NCBI GenBank assembly: GCA_964016885.1
Contig: OZ024741.1
Location: 264,802,001-264,866,000 of the forward strand
Source: Eledone cirrhosa
Lineage: Eukaryota
Direction of reading: 5' to 3'
DNA: 64,000 nt
The notes under the pieces are model-generated. The model was not told the DNA's origin. It made no database searches and saw only the letters and a program-made list of their open reading frames with translations. Positions 39,107-52,349 of this stretch are shown one piece after another (position 1 is the first letter of the stretch; every line of letters starts with the position of its first letter). The position numbers and the translations under genes are program-made.

Positions 39107-39241
39107 CAGGTTCATCACACAGTCCTGAATTAGGGTTAATCACCAGGCCTGGTTGACAATCACATGTATTGTTAAATGTACAGATTTCTTTGCTCTGGCA
39201 GGAATACACCATTTTAGGATCACAGGGTTTACCAAAGGTCT
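39107..39241 (-). CDS. Membrane-protein gene, coding exon 6 (EGF/EB-like module)
   Basis: ctcttccag|...|gttagt; phase 1-1; (E)TFGKPCDPKMVYSCQSKEICTFNNTCDCQPGLVINPNSGLCDEP, six Cys. Confidence 0.88.
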
Positions 39242-39579
39242 CTGGAAGAGGAGTGGAGATGGAGAGAATGAAAACACAGGGGAGAATTACATGACAAACA
39301 CTTTTCAAAGGAAAGCACACAGACACATAGGAAACACCTGAAGAGATGATAATGGTGATAATAGCAATTGTGGTGGTGGTGAATGTAAAGGTAATTGTGG
39401 AGGTGGTGGTGGTGGTAAAAGTAATTGTGGATGTGGTGGTAAGAGTAATTGTGGTGGAGGTAATGGTTATGATGGTGATAATGGTGGTGGTTGTGGTAGT
39501 GGTGATGGTAATGTTGATAATGGCTGTGGTAATAATGGTTATGATGGTGGTGATAAAGGTTATGGTGAGTGGTGATAAC

Positions 39580-42395
39580 ACCATTACACTGCGACCAACA
39601 CCACTACGCTACGACCAACATCACTACGCTACGACCAACATCACTACGCTACGACCAACAACACTACTCTATGACCAACATCATTACACTATGACCAACA
39701 ACACTACACTACAACCAACATCACTACACTATGACCAACAACACTACTCTATGACCAACACCACTACACTACGACCAACAACACTACACTACGACCAACA
39801 ACACTACACTACGACCAACAACACTACACTACAACCAACATCACTACACTATGACCAACAACACTACTCTATGACCAACACTACTACACTACGACCAACA
39901 ACACTACACTAAGACCAACATCATTACACTATCACCAACACCACTACACTACGACCAACAACACTACACTAAGACCAACATCATTACACTATCACCAACA
40001 CCACTACACTACGACCAACAACACTACACTAAGACCAACATCATTACACTATCACCAACACCACTACACTACGACCAACAACACTACACTAAGACCAACA
40101 TCATTACACTATCACCAACACCACTACACTACAACCAACAACACTACACTATGACCAACACCACTACACTACACTATGACCAATATCACTACACTACAAC
40201 CAACACCACTACACTACAACCAACAACACTACACTATGACCAACACCACTACACTATGACCAATATCACTACACTACAACCAACACTACTACACTACAAC
40301 CAACAACACTACACTATGACCAACACCACTACACTACAACCAACAACACTACACTACGACCAACACTACTACACTACAACCAACAACACTACACTACGAC
40401 CAACACCACTACACTACAACCAACAACACTACACTACGACCAACACCACTACACTACAACCAACAACACTACACTACAACCAACAACACTACACTACAAC
40501 CAACAACACTACACTATGACCAACAACACTACACTACGACCAACAACACTACACTACAACCAACAACACTACACTACAACCAACATCACTACACTATGAC
40601 CAACATCACTACAACCAACATCACTACACTACAACCAACACCACGACACTACGATCAACACTACACTACGACCAACACCACTACACTACGACCAACACCA
40701 CTACACTACGACCAACACCACTACACTACGACTAACACCACTACACTATGACCAACACCACTAAACTATGACCAACACCACTACACTACGACTAACACCA
40801 CTACACTACAACCAACACCACTACACTACAACGAACACCACTACACTACAACGAACACCACTACACTACGACTAACACCACTACACTATGACCAACACCA
40901 CTAAACTATGACCAACACCACTACACTACAACCAACAACACTACACTACAACCAACAACACTACACTACAACCAACAACACTACACTACAACCAACAACA
41001 CTACACTATGACCAACATCACTACACTATGACCAACACCTCTACACTACAACCAGCATCACTACACTATGACCAACAACACTACACTACAACCAACACTA
41101 GACTATGACGAGCACCACTACACTACAACCAACATCACTACACTACGACCAACACCACTACACTACAACCAACAACACTAAACTATGACCAGCACCACTA
41201 CACTACAACCAACATCACTACCACCAACACCACTACACTATGACCAACATCACTACACTATGACCAGCACCACTACACGACGACCAACACCACTACACTA
41301 TGACCAACATCACTACACTGCGACCAACAACACTACACTATGACCAACACCACTACACTATGACCAACATCACTACACTACAACCAACAACACTATACTA
41401 TGACCAACACCACTACACTACAACCAACATCACTACACTATGACCAACATCACTACACTATGACCAACCCCACTACACTATGACCAACACCACTACACTA
41501 TGACCAACACCACTACACTATGACCAACACCACTACACTATGACCAGCACCACTACACTATGACCAACATCACTACACTATAACCAACACCACTACACTA
41601 CAACCAACACCACTACACTATGACCAACACCACTACACTATGACCAACACCACTACACTACAACCAACACCACTACACTACAACCAACAACACTACACTA
41701 TGACCAACACCACTACACTACACTATGACCAATATCACTACACTACAACCAACACTACTACACTACAACCAACAACACTACACTATGACCAACACCACTA
41801 CACTACAACCAACAACACTACACTACGACCAACAACACTACACTACAACCAACACTACTACACTACAACCAACAACACTACACTATGACCAACACCACTA
41901 CACTACAACCAACAACACTACACTACGACCAACAACACTACACTACAACCAACAACACTACACTACAACCAACAACACTACACTACAACCAACAACACTA
42001 CACTACAACCAACAACACTACACTACGACCAACACCACTACACTACAACAAATAACACTACACTACAACCAACATCATTACACTACAACAAATAACACTA
42101 CACTACAACCAACATCACTACACTACAACAAATAACACTACACTACAACCAACAACACTACACTACAACCAACAACACTACACTATGACCAACAACACTA
42201 CACTATGACCAACAACACTACACTATGACCAACAACACTACACTACGACCAACAACACTACACTACGACCAACAACACTACACTATGACCAACAACACTA
42301 CACTACAACCAACAACACTACACTATGACCAACAACACTACACTACGACCAACAACACTACACTATGACCAACAACACTACACTATGACCAACAC
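39580..42395. repeat. ~2.8-kb 20-bp minisatellite
   Basis: Unit a(c/t)(g/a)accaaca(a/c/t)cactacact. Confidence 0.95.
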
Positions 42396-42435
42396 AAATA
42401 CCATCACTATAACTATGGTGATAGTGATACTCAAC

Positions 42436-42703
42436 CTGACTGTATGTTCTGTGTTGTAGTTTCAACAATCACTTCATTCTGGTGGTGTTGCTGGGGCTGT
42501 TGGTGATGTTCTTGGTGTTCAGGGTGACCAGTATGAGGAGAAACTGGTGGTGGTGGGTGACATACTGGAAGTTCAAGTTGAGGCGTCATCATTCTTGTGA
42601 CATTGGCAGGACACTGTGGCAGTATATATGTACATTCTGGTACCAGTTCATAAGAAAGGGGATGTTGTAATAGCCCAAATTTTAGAGACACCTTAATAGA
42701 TAC
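42436..42703 (-). CDS. Membrane-protein gene, coding exon 5
   Basis: tttttttag|GTATCT...TCAG|gttgag; phase 0-1; VSIKVSLKFGLLQHPLSYELVPECTYILPQC...CHPPPPVSPHTGHPEHQEHHQQPQQHHQNEVIVETTTQNIQS. Confidence 0.82.
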
Positions 42704-43375
42704 CTAAAAAAAAAAGGATTAGAAGATAATCCAGTATATGATAAAGGATTAACATGGGAATTCATTTTATCATCAAAAATAGAAATTTGAGAAAGATTTT
42801 TTTTTCTTTTAGTTCAAATATATAAATCAATGTTTGCATTACACCCAGCCCACACTGTAATGTGGTCCTGTAGGTGTCATGACAAAAAACACTCAGTCCA
42901 CACTGTAAAGTGGTTGTGAAGGTGTCACGACAAAAAGTGCTCAACCCACACTGCAATGTGGTCGTGTAGGTGTCACAACAAAAAGCATCTAGTCCACACT
43001 GTAAAGTGGTCATGTTGGCACCATGACAAAACAAACACCCAGTCCACACTGTAAATATGGTTGGTGTCAGGAAGGGCATTCAGCCATAGAAACCAAGCCA
43101 GAAACAGTCCTGTATGAACAAGACATGGTCACCTTACCCGACTTGCCTCAAACGAGACAGCTCGTCTAAGTCATGCTCGCCTAGAAAGTAGACATTAACC
43201 TTTTAGCATTTAAACCGGCCATATCCGGCCAGAATTCTCTCACCTCTAGTGAGACATATTAGCTAGCAGAGAAAGAGAGGGAGGTGGAGAGAGGGGGGAG
43301 ACAGAGAGAAAGAGAGACTGAGAGGGAGAGGCGATCAGATTATCAAGCAACTGAAGTAGAAATCAATAGACTTAC

Positions 43376-43446
43376 CGAGTTGGGAATACTATCTTTATGA
43401 TGTTTCAGCTCTATAAACAGATACTCGTGGCTATATATTAGTACAG
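43376..43446 (-). CDS. Membrane-protein gene, coding exon 4
   Basis: tttcatttttaaag|...TCG|gtaagt; phase 1-0; (T)VLIYSHEYLFIELKHHKDSIPNS. Confidence 0.82.
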
Positions 43447-43573
43447 CTTTAAAAATGAAAGAGAAAAATTATATATATATATATATAGTAATAATAATAA
43501 ATTTGAAGACTAAAATCCAAAGAGGGCTCGATAAGGATAAATATATATCAAATATAAAAGAACCGTAGAGCAA

Positions 43574-44240
43574 ATATTTATTAAAATAACAGATTAAAGT
43601 TTAAGCAAAGAATCGATGCTTTCACCCTTAACGGGATCTTCTGAAACTAACAAAGTCAATCTGTAAACGCAGAAGTGGATATTTCAAAAAACGTTGCAAC
43701 GTATTTGGACGCGTGTATGTATTTATTTCATTTCAATTATTACCCCTGTTTTGTATTCTATTTACTTTATTCTTAACTCTGAAGCGGAGAATCATTCGGT
43801 TTCCTAGTTAGAATTTTAGTCTACGACTTCAGTTAAACCATTTACGTGGTTTTGTCTTTGCGTGCAATTGTTCTCCACGCTCCACATACGACGTATTATC
43901 TTCGGTTTTTTTCCGCTCATTGCCAGAGAACGTCTCTACGAACCACCTAAGAGAACATTAGTCTACGACTTCTTTTATACCATAAACGTGGTTCTGTCTT
44001 TGCGCGTAATTGTTTTTCACCCCTCCAAATAATGACGTATTATATTCGTTTTTCCCCATTTTTTGCCAGGGAACGTTTCCACGAACCAAAGTATCGTCTT
44101 CCTGTCTTCCTCCGGTTGCAACGTTTTTTGAAATATTCACTTCTGCGTTTACAGATTGACTTTGTTAGTTTCAGAAGATCCTGTTAAGGGTGAACGCAGC
44201 GATTCTTTGCTTAAACTTTAATCTGTTATTTTAATAAATA
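43574..44240. mobile_element. Element with ~125-bp terminal inverted repeats and an internal ~140-bp duplication
   Basis: Arms ~43574-43700 / 44115-44240; solo arms at ~1350-1437 and ~63745-63862; internal units ~43818-43945 and ~43959-44088. Confidence 0.8.
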
Positions 44241-44241
44241 T

Positions 44242-44562
44242 ATGGAGGCACATGGCTTAGTGGTTAGAGCCTTGCAATCAAAAGGTTGTGAGTTCAATTC
44301 TCAGACCGGGTGATGTGTTGTTTCCTTGAGTAAGACACTTTATTTCACATTGCTCCAGTTTACTCAGCTGTAGAAATGAGATGATAGGGACTGCGGTCCC
44401 TATCATTCCACTGCAAAGTGGTCGTGGAGGTGCCACGGCAAAAAAGCACCCAGCACTCACTGTAAAATGAGGTTGGTGTTAGGAAGGGCATCCAGCTGTA
44501 GAAATCAAGCCAGAATCAGTTCCCGTCCCACCCTTGCAAGCAGAGAAAAGTGGACGTAAAAT
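44242..44562 (+). mobile_element. Full-length family 2 SINE
   Basis: Reverse complement of 24063-24389 with few differences. Confidence 0.8.
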
Positions 44563-45108
44563 GAAATGAAATGAATGAAAATATATATATACCATACAGT
44601 TGTACAGAAGACCCGACTTCCATTGCATACAAACCTAGTCAGTAGGCACCTCTTAACCCAATGTACACCCTCCCAGACCTCTACCCCATCCTCCTTCTCT
44701 CGTGCTGTCCACTGTGTCGATGACACAGCAGTCCACACTGTAAGGTGGCCGTGTAGGAGACACGGTGAAAAGGCTCCGATTTAGACACAGAACCAGCTAT
44801 TTTGGGGGATGGGGAAAGTCAATTAAATTGACCCTGGTGAGTGACTGGTACTTTATTTTATCCATTGCCTATTATCTTTGTACATTACCATGTCATTTTA
44901 ATTTAGATTGCCTCGAAAACGTAACCCTATTATGCAAGAAGCTGTCTGATGAGATTATGGCACTGGTTAGGCAGAATTGCATGGCTGCGGTCATCATTGA
45001 AATATGTATCACAGCCTTACCAATAAAGGACTTTAACATCAGAAACTACTTTGTATTTTCTTATTCTATATATATATATAATTACATAATAAACAACACA
45101 ATATAATT

Positions 45109-45170
45109 ATTCCATTACCAAAGGTTTCAGGAGACTAGATGAAACGTCCAGCTTGTTCATCAGATGAAAT
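45109..45170 (-). ncRNA. Type I hammerhead motif with decayed stem II
   Basis: ATTTCAT-CTGATGA-[imperfect hairpin]-GAA-ACC ttt GGT-A-ATGGAAT; stems I and III pair; GUA triplet. Confidence 0.55.
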
Positions 45171-45559
45171 AGTTTTATATATATATATCATCACAGTTTT
45201 ACGTCGATATATATATATCATTCATCATCACCATTGTCTATCCTCCCCACTAACATGGGTTCGACGGGAATTGTCCCACTTGAGGCAAGATTGATCGGGT
45301 GACCGTCTCTCACTCGAATAGGACTCTATCTGGCAGATTTTCTATGGCTGGATGCCCGTCCTAACACCAACCACATTTACAGAGTGGACTGGGACCCTTT
45401 TTACTGTGTCTCTTACACAACCACTTTACAGAGTGGACTGGGTGCTTTTTGTTGTGACACCTACACAACCTCTTTAGTGGATGTTTTATGGTACCAACAT
45501 AACTTTACAAAGGGTGGTGTGAGTGGAAGTGGGAGGATGGAGTAGGTGTAGTAGGGTGG

Positions 45560-45900
45560 GGTGTATATTTGGTTAAGAGGTGCCTACTGACTAGGTTTAA
45601 CTTCATATGTAAGGGAAGGTGGGTGTTCTCTATTACTGCATAGTGCCAAAGGTCTCGATCCAGTGACATTGTCTTCGAGAGGTGTGAGTGTGTAAGGTCA
45701 GTTTTTATCATGTCATCCCAGGTTTTTCTGGGTCTACCTATTCCGTAGCTTCCATCAATTTTGATCGCCCTGCACTTTTTTATACAGCTGTCTTTTATGC
45801 GCATCACATGACCATACCAATTTAATCTCCTCTCAGTAAACTGCATCTGATCCCTAAAGTTTAAGCAAACAATTTCTGCTTTCACCCTAAAGTGGTGCAT
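45560..45900 (-). mobile_element. RTE LINE 3' fragment
   Basis: RRLNWYGHVMR...GRPRKTWDDMIKTDL...DRDLW. Confidence 0.85.
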
Positions 45901-46182
45901 ATTATACATATGCTTCATCTTCAGCCTCTGCCCGTGGGAAGTCGGGTCTTCTGTATTACTGTGTAACGCCAGAGATCCTGGTCCTGTGTCATCGCCTTTG
46001 AGAGGTGCAATTGGGCAAGGTCAGCTTTTATGACCTCATCCCAAGTCTTCCTGAGTCTCACCACTCCACGACTTCCATCGACTGAGTACTCTGCACCTTT
46101 TTATACAGCAATATATATATATATATATATATATAGTCCTCTCTGGATGTTGGTTTTTCTATTTATTATTATTACTACTATA

Positions 46183-46375
46183 GGGCGGTGGATTGGCAGT
46201 ATCGGTAGAGGGTCGGACGCCATGCTTTGACGTATAGAGTTACGGCCCTTGCCATTCTGAGTTCAAATCCTGCCGAGCTTAACTTTGCCTTTCATAATTA
46301 CGGGGTCGATAAAATAAAGTACCAGTAATGCACTGGGTAATTGCTGGCCTTGTGCCAAAAGTAGAAACAATTATT
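46183..46375 (+). mobile_element. Full-length family 1 SINE
   Basis: A-box-like ggtggattggcagtatcggtagag, B-box gagttcaaatcc, conserved core, (att)n tail. Confidence 0.82.
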
Positions 46376-46383
46376 ATTACTAC

Positions 46384-46409
<26 letters not shown>

Positions 46410-46414
<5 letters not shown>

Positions 46415-46805
46415 AGGACATGCATAGACTGAAGAGAAATGAAGCAACCATGCTTCATTGGATGTGCAATGTAAGTGTGAGAGAAAGGCAGCGCTTGGAC
46501 AAGTTGGGGGAGAAGCTGGTTTTAATAGGAATCTGAGGTGGTGTGCAGGAGAAAAGACAGCATTGGTATGGACATGTGATGTACATGGATGATGATCGCT
46601 GGGTGAAGAAATGCCAGGAAATTCAGTGGAAAGAAGCTGCAGTAGAGGTAGACCAAGACAGAACTGGGCAGAGGTTATGAGAGCTGACCTCAAATCTCTG
46701 AGACTCAGAGGAGATGAAGGAACATGAGGAGCAGAGAGATGCTGTTCTGAGAAAGACCCAACAAACCCATGCAAGCATGGATAAACAAATGTAAAAACGA
46801 TGATG
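46410..46805 (+). mobile_element. RTE LINE 3' fragment
   Basis: Decayed RRNEATMLHWMCNVS...WYGHVM...GRPRQNW motifs; ends aacccatgcaagcatgg...(gat)n. Confidence 0.8.
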
Positions 46806-46820
46806 ATAATTATATATATT

Positions 46821-47390
46821 AAACAAATAGTAGAAGGGAAAAAAATACAGTAGAAAATGCTGGAGGGATTTTTTCAGTATAATATCAAAACATTTATTTA
46901 TAAAGTGGGGATTTCCGCATTTAATTGTGGTACCGGTTTCAGCATTATATACTTTTTCAATGACGGAAGTGTAAAGTGCAGTTAGATTGCATATTTAAAT
47001 GAATAATAATAAAATGGAGAAGAAAAATTATTAGTTTTTACATATTTAGAAAGGAAAGTTCATGTTTCTGTTCAATGCTCTCTTTCGCTCTCTGCTATTT
47101 GACCAACAGAGGAGGTAGTAGTTTAAATATGTATGTAAAGACTAATAATTTTTCTTCTCCATTTTATTATTATTCATTTAAATATGCAATCTAACTGCAC
47201 TTTACACTTCCGTCATTGAAAAAGAATATAATACTGAAACCGGTACCACAATTAAATGCGGAAATCCCCACTTTATAAATAAATGTTTTGATATTATACT
47301 GAAAAAAATCCCTCCAGCATTTTCTACTGTATTTTTTTCCCTTCTACTATTTGTTTATATATATCAACTCGTGTGTCACTTTTCTACATT
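46821..47390 (+). mobile_element. Fold-back element with ~224-bp arms
   Basis: Arms 46821-47044 / 47132-47356. Decayed hammerhead tTGAaaA-AG...CT-GAAACCGGTA at ~47216-47245 keeps the ACCGGT palindrome. Short tail, (TA)n flanks. Confidence 0.72.
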
Positions 47391-47439
47391 ATATATATAT
47401 TGTATTGGTGTGTAATGTTTAGTTACTGAATTTGACTTG

Positions 47440-48060
47440 GCAATGCCTTGAGGGTCGATTAAATTCACCTGGTGTATTACTGGCACTTTATTTTATCAAC
47501 TCCGTAACGATGAAAGGCAAAGCTAATAACTGCGGAATTTCAACTCAGAATGTAAAGGGCCATAACTCGATGCTGCAAAGCATGTTTGATGCTTTACTTA
47601 TACTGCCAATTCTCTGCCATTTAAATAATGGTTTCTGATTTAAGGATAAGGCCAACAATTTTGGGGGAAGGGAAAATCGATTACATCAACCCTAGTGCAT
47701 TACTGGTACTTTATTTTATTGACCCTATAAAGATGAAAGCAAAGCTAACCTTGGCAGGATTTGAACTCAGAACATAAAGGGATATAATTATATGCCACAA
47801 ATCATGTCTGATGCTCTACCAATTACTGCCAATTCCCTACCATTTAAATGGTTTCGGATTTAGGCACAAGGCCAACAATTTGGAGGAGGGGAAATTCGAT
47901 TAAATTCACCCATGTGCATTACTGGTACTTTATTTTATTGACTCGGTGAGGATGAAAGGCAAAGCAAACATCATCACAATTTCTACTGAGAACATAAAAT
48001 AACTATATTATGCTGCGAAGCATGGCGTCCGATGCTCTACCAATTACTGCCAATCCACCA
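47440..48060 (-). mobile_element. Three tandem decayed family 1 SINEs
   Basis: Three successive tactggtactttattttat...gatgaaaggcaaagc...actgccaat units. Confidence 0.75.
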
Positions 48061-48120
48061 ATGAAATAATCTAACAGTTAAAATTGTATAAAACTGAAGG
48101 CAATATAGAAGTGTAATTAC

Positions 48121-48271
48121 TTATGTTGTTATATAACCTCTTGTTGATAGTGTAATGTATGGCATCATACTGTAAATATACATCCACAGAAAGAGGTACA
48201 TCACAGTGGTTGATTACAGCACCAAAACATATCGTATCATTCTCTTTGGTTTTCAGTTTACTGGAAATTAT
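48121..48271 (-). CDS. Membrane-protein gene, coding exon 3
   Basis: ttttcacag|...|gtaatt; phase 0-1; IISSKLKTKENDTICFGAVINHCDVPLSVDVYLQYDAIHYTINKRLYNNI. Confidence 0.85.
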
Positions 48272-48405
48272 CTGTGAAAATAAACATTTTTTTTTAAATT
48301 AAAATTTGATCAAATAATTAGAATTACTTGAAAGCGTTGCTTTATTATTTTTTTTTTTTAACAGTGTATTTTGTTCTACTTTCGGGTCCCAAATAATAGG
48401 GGTTA

Positions 48406-48447
<42 letters not shown>

Positions 48448-48642
48448 GGTAATTTTTCTAGTTTGTCTCCATTGATTTTCCTAATAACCAGAATTAGTCA
48501 TCTAGTTTATATATTGAGACACCAACCCATTCTATTTATTTTATAACATATGGGATTTCTAGTAATGTACTTATTTGGGGTCATGTATAATGTTTTTTAA
48601 TGTCTAATGAAAATTAATTGTCACAGGAATGCTACCACTTAA

Positions 48643-48861
48643 CCCTTTAGCATTTACATTACTCTATATATACTGTTGTATTTTTGTGGTAAAGGCTTTA
48701 TCTTACATAATTATCTCATAATATCGAATCTACAAGATTTTGATGTTATTTATTTTAAGAACAATATCTTAACATAAGTATGAGCGGCCAATTACAGCCA
48801 GCTTGAACACAAAGAGGTGAGAGAATTCTGGTCGGATACAGCTGGTTTAAATGCTAAAGGG
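48643..48861. mobile_element. piggyBac MITE nested in another MITE (~48378-48905)
   Basis: TTAA|ccctttagcattta...taaatgctaaaggg|TTAA; the host sequence resumes and matches 12464-12844 reversed. Confidence 0.88.
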
Positions 48862-49048
48862 TTAAAATGAAATTTCGCCAGAGATAGATTACCAAATTAA
48901 ATAAGAATATGTATTAAGCATGTATATATATACATGCTTAATACACATAAATATATACATGTGTGTATACATGCTTAATACACACAATATATATATATAT
49001 GTATACATGCCTAATACACAAATATATATATATATGTGTATATATTAA

Positions 49049-50716
49049 CCCTTTAGCATTCACATTAATTTTCAAATGTCATGCTTATCTATTCACATTA
49101 TTTTGAGTTAATCATACTCAAGAGGGTTATCAATTTTATTTGTTAGTAATTTTCTTAATTTTCTATGTGCAGACTTGAAATACCAATAATTTACAATTGT
49201 ATATTTTTACTGATTTTTTTTGTTAAATTTGACTTTTATGGGCAGGTGAAATTAATTAACAGGTGTAAAAGTAACGACTTTATGCATAAACACAAAAATG
49301 TAAACTTTATCTGACTTACCTGTTAGATCTGTTACAAAAAATATCCAACAATGACCTAGATCAAAGGTTGTCAACGGGGGGCATATGCACGTTTGGGAAC
49401 ACCAGGGGGGAGCAAGGTCCCATTAGGGGGGTGATGGAAGGCTCTTTACTTTGGTAAGTTTTATAAGCCATATTTGTATGTCTTTGAGACAGAAATTCAC
49501 TAAAAACCACAAGATATATCTCCACCGTTTCTTTCCATGGCATCCAACTTACAATATTGTTCGGATTTGTCAACCCCGCCCATATTTAATATAGGAGAGG
49601 TTGATTAAAGGCTTACCTTCAGCCCCAACTCCTGGTCGTTGGTTAGAAGATAGGAACAAAATTTGCCGTTTGTCTTTGTACAATGTGGCTAACATGTTCC
49701 CTTTTTGCACTTGGAGAATGTCCCCTCTCTTTTTAAATTTTGTGACTTTTATTTCTAGGGGTAGCCCTTTGCGATTCCCCATTATTGTACTGCAGGTGTA
49801 CGTATTTACGAGAGCAAGATCCTCTGCTAGAAGCACTGAAGAAAATAAACGGTCAAAATATGTGTGTCTGTGTTGAGAGTGGAAGGGTTCAGTCAGAGAC
49901 CACACAATCCATTTTTTCTCTCTCCGTTGTGTTTCTTTCCTGTGTAAACATCAAAGTTTTGCACAGTAGCCTGTGTCTAATTCACAGGGTTCCCACACCT
50001 TGATGCCCCAATTGGTGGGTTTAGCTGGCATATATTGTCTGAAATGTACTCTACCCTTATACCCAATCATAGCTTCATCAACACTAAGATTTTTCCCAGG
50101 TATATATACTGTTTTAAATTTTTCAGATAGCATTTTAATTAATGGTCGAACTTTATACAGAGGGTCATAATTCAAATCATTTCTACCAGAGGCATTTGAA
50201 GTATCAACCAGATGCAAATACTGGTTTAATTTTGGAATAGCTTGTTTTTGCCATAATATATAAGGGTCACTAAACCTTATATCAGTGCTCCAGTAATTCC
50301 AGTCTTGGAAATTATTTTATACCAAACATAATATTTATGGTAAAAAATGCTTGCATCCCCGCAGCATCTGTCGGTCGCCATAACAGATCGGGTTTTCTTC
50401 GATTTGAAATCTGTTGTTGGGCATATCGATTAGTCTCTTTTGCCACAACTTCGAAGAAAGTTTGTGGCAAAAACAAAAAGAAATAATCCAGTGCTTTAGC
50501 ATCGGGAGCTAATGTGTGTTGTGGACCGGTATTTTCAATAAAATGGGGAACATGTATAGGTGTGGTATTTTTCAATCACGTTGCTGTAATATTTTCAAAG
50601 GTGTCCTTGAGATCTCCGTTTTCACTTTAGTGTGGGGTTATTGGCCGTTTTCGGCCGGATTGAACAAATGAAGGGAATAATTGCGGCCGGTTTTGGCCGT
50701 TTTGAACACTAAAGGC
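49049..50716 (-). mobile_element. Internally deleted piggyBac transposon
   Basis: TTAA|ccctttagc (49045-49057) and actaaaggc|TTAA (50708-50720); the ends resemble the MITE family. Confidence 0.85.
49570..50575 (-). pseudogene. piggyBac (PGBD4-like) transposase pseudogene
   Basis: ALDYFFLF...ETNRYA, DPLYKVRPLI...LSVDEAMIGYKGRVHFRQYMPAKPTNWGIKVW, YFDRLFSS motifs; frameshifted. Confidence 0.92.
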
Positions 50717-51114
50717 TTAATACACACAAAAATATATATGTGTGTATACACACAAATATATATATATATATATATATGTGTATACATGTTTAATACACAC
50801 AAATATATATGTGTGTGTATATACATGCTTAATACACACAAATATATTTGTGTGTGTGTGTGTGTGACTATTGGAGACTGGAGAGTATGTTGTCATTTGT
50901 TAAACAAGTCTGCCATGATGTATTTCATAATGTGTGTCTTTTATCTCTTCTATAACGTTCAACATTCTCACAGCTAACTTTCCTACAACCTCTAATAACA
51001 GCACAATATTATCTAGTATACCACAGTGGTCATCTCTCCAATGTCTTATATACCACAGTGGTCATCTGTCTAGTATGTCTTATATACTGCAGTGGTCATC
51101 TGTCTTGATCATAG

Positions 51115-51720
51115 CTATCATAACCCTTCCCACTACATGTCTATTATAGCTCCACCCACTATCTACCTTAAGTATATCTATTATAGCTCCACCCATTAAC
51201 TGCCTCAAGCATGACTATCATAACCCCTCCCACTACATGTCTATTATAGCTCCACCCACTATCTACCTCAAGCATGACTATCATAACCCCTCCCACTACA
51301 TGTCTATTATAGCTCCACCCACTATCTACCTTAAGTATATCTATTATAGCTCCACCCATTAACTGCCTCAAGCATGACTATCATAACCCCTCCCACTACA
51401 TGTCTATTATAGCTCCACCCACTATCTACCTTAAGTATATCTATTATAGCTCCACCCATTAACTGCCTCAAGCATGACTATCATAACCCCTCCCACTACA
51501 TGTCTATTATAGCTCCACCCACTATCTACCTCAAGCATGACTATCATAACCCCTCCCACTACATGTCTATTAAAGCTCCACCCACTAGCATGTCTATTAT
51601 AGCTCCACCTACTAGCATGTCTATTATAGCTCCACCTACTAGCATGTCTATTATAGCCCCATCCACAAACTGCCACTTGCATGTCTAGCTCCACCCACTA
51701 ATTGCCCCTAGCATGCCTAT
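51115..51720. repeat. Composite minisatellite built on tctattatagctccaccc
   Basis: Higher-order repeats of agcatgactatcataacccctcccactacatgtctattatagctccaccc. Confidence 0.9.
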
Positions 51721-52188
51721 TATATAGAAACCATGATGGATGTAGCCTGATGATGTACATCAACCCCACACCAGTAATTGGTGCAGGTGATTGTTTATCC
51801 AGGATGTGTGTGGTTTAACTCTTCCTTGAGTGGTCTGTGTCTGGTGAATGAGGACGATTGTAGGTGTATAGTTTATGTTTGCTTGAGTATATGGTTGGCT
51901 TTGGTTTAATCTGGGTGTAGTTATGCTCAACTTAAGACAATATACAGTCTTAGCCATATATTATTCCTATTTTTTCCTCAAGCAGATTAAGACAGTATAT
52001 GATGTTATCCACATATATTACAGTTATTTTTTTCCTCAAGCAGCTTAAAACAATATATGATCTTAGCCACAGTTTTCCCCTCGTGCAGGTTAAGACATTA
52101 TATGAAGTTATCCATATATATTACTGCTATTTATCCCCTCAAGCAGGATAAATCCTGGTTAACAAAGAAATATGAAAAATGAACTAAC

Positions 52189-52349
52189 CTTTTTTAGAAA
52201 GATTCCTTGGCAATGCACAGCAGTGCACATGTCATTGACATCACAGTGAACTCTCAGCTTATTACTGATACTGTTGTGTAGTTGTTGAAAACCACAGTTA
52301 TTAGCATCTGCATATCCATTGACAAAGAAGGACAGAAGTATGCAGATAA
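52189..52349 (-). CDS. Membrane-protein gene, coding exon 2 (signal peptide end, Cys-rich start)
   Basis: ttttttccag|...AAG|gttagt; phase 1-0; (F)ICILLSFFVNGYADANNCGFQQLHNSISNKLRVHCDVNDMCTAVHCQGIFLKK. Confidence 0.87.

Noticed and set aside
39346-42135. Thr-rich mucin-like ORFs
   Set aside because: They come from a 20-bp repeat (not a multiple of 3) on the strand opposite the host gene.
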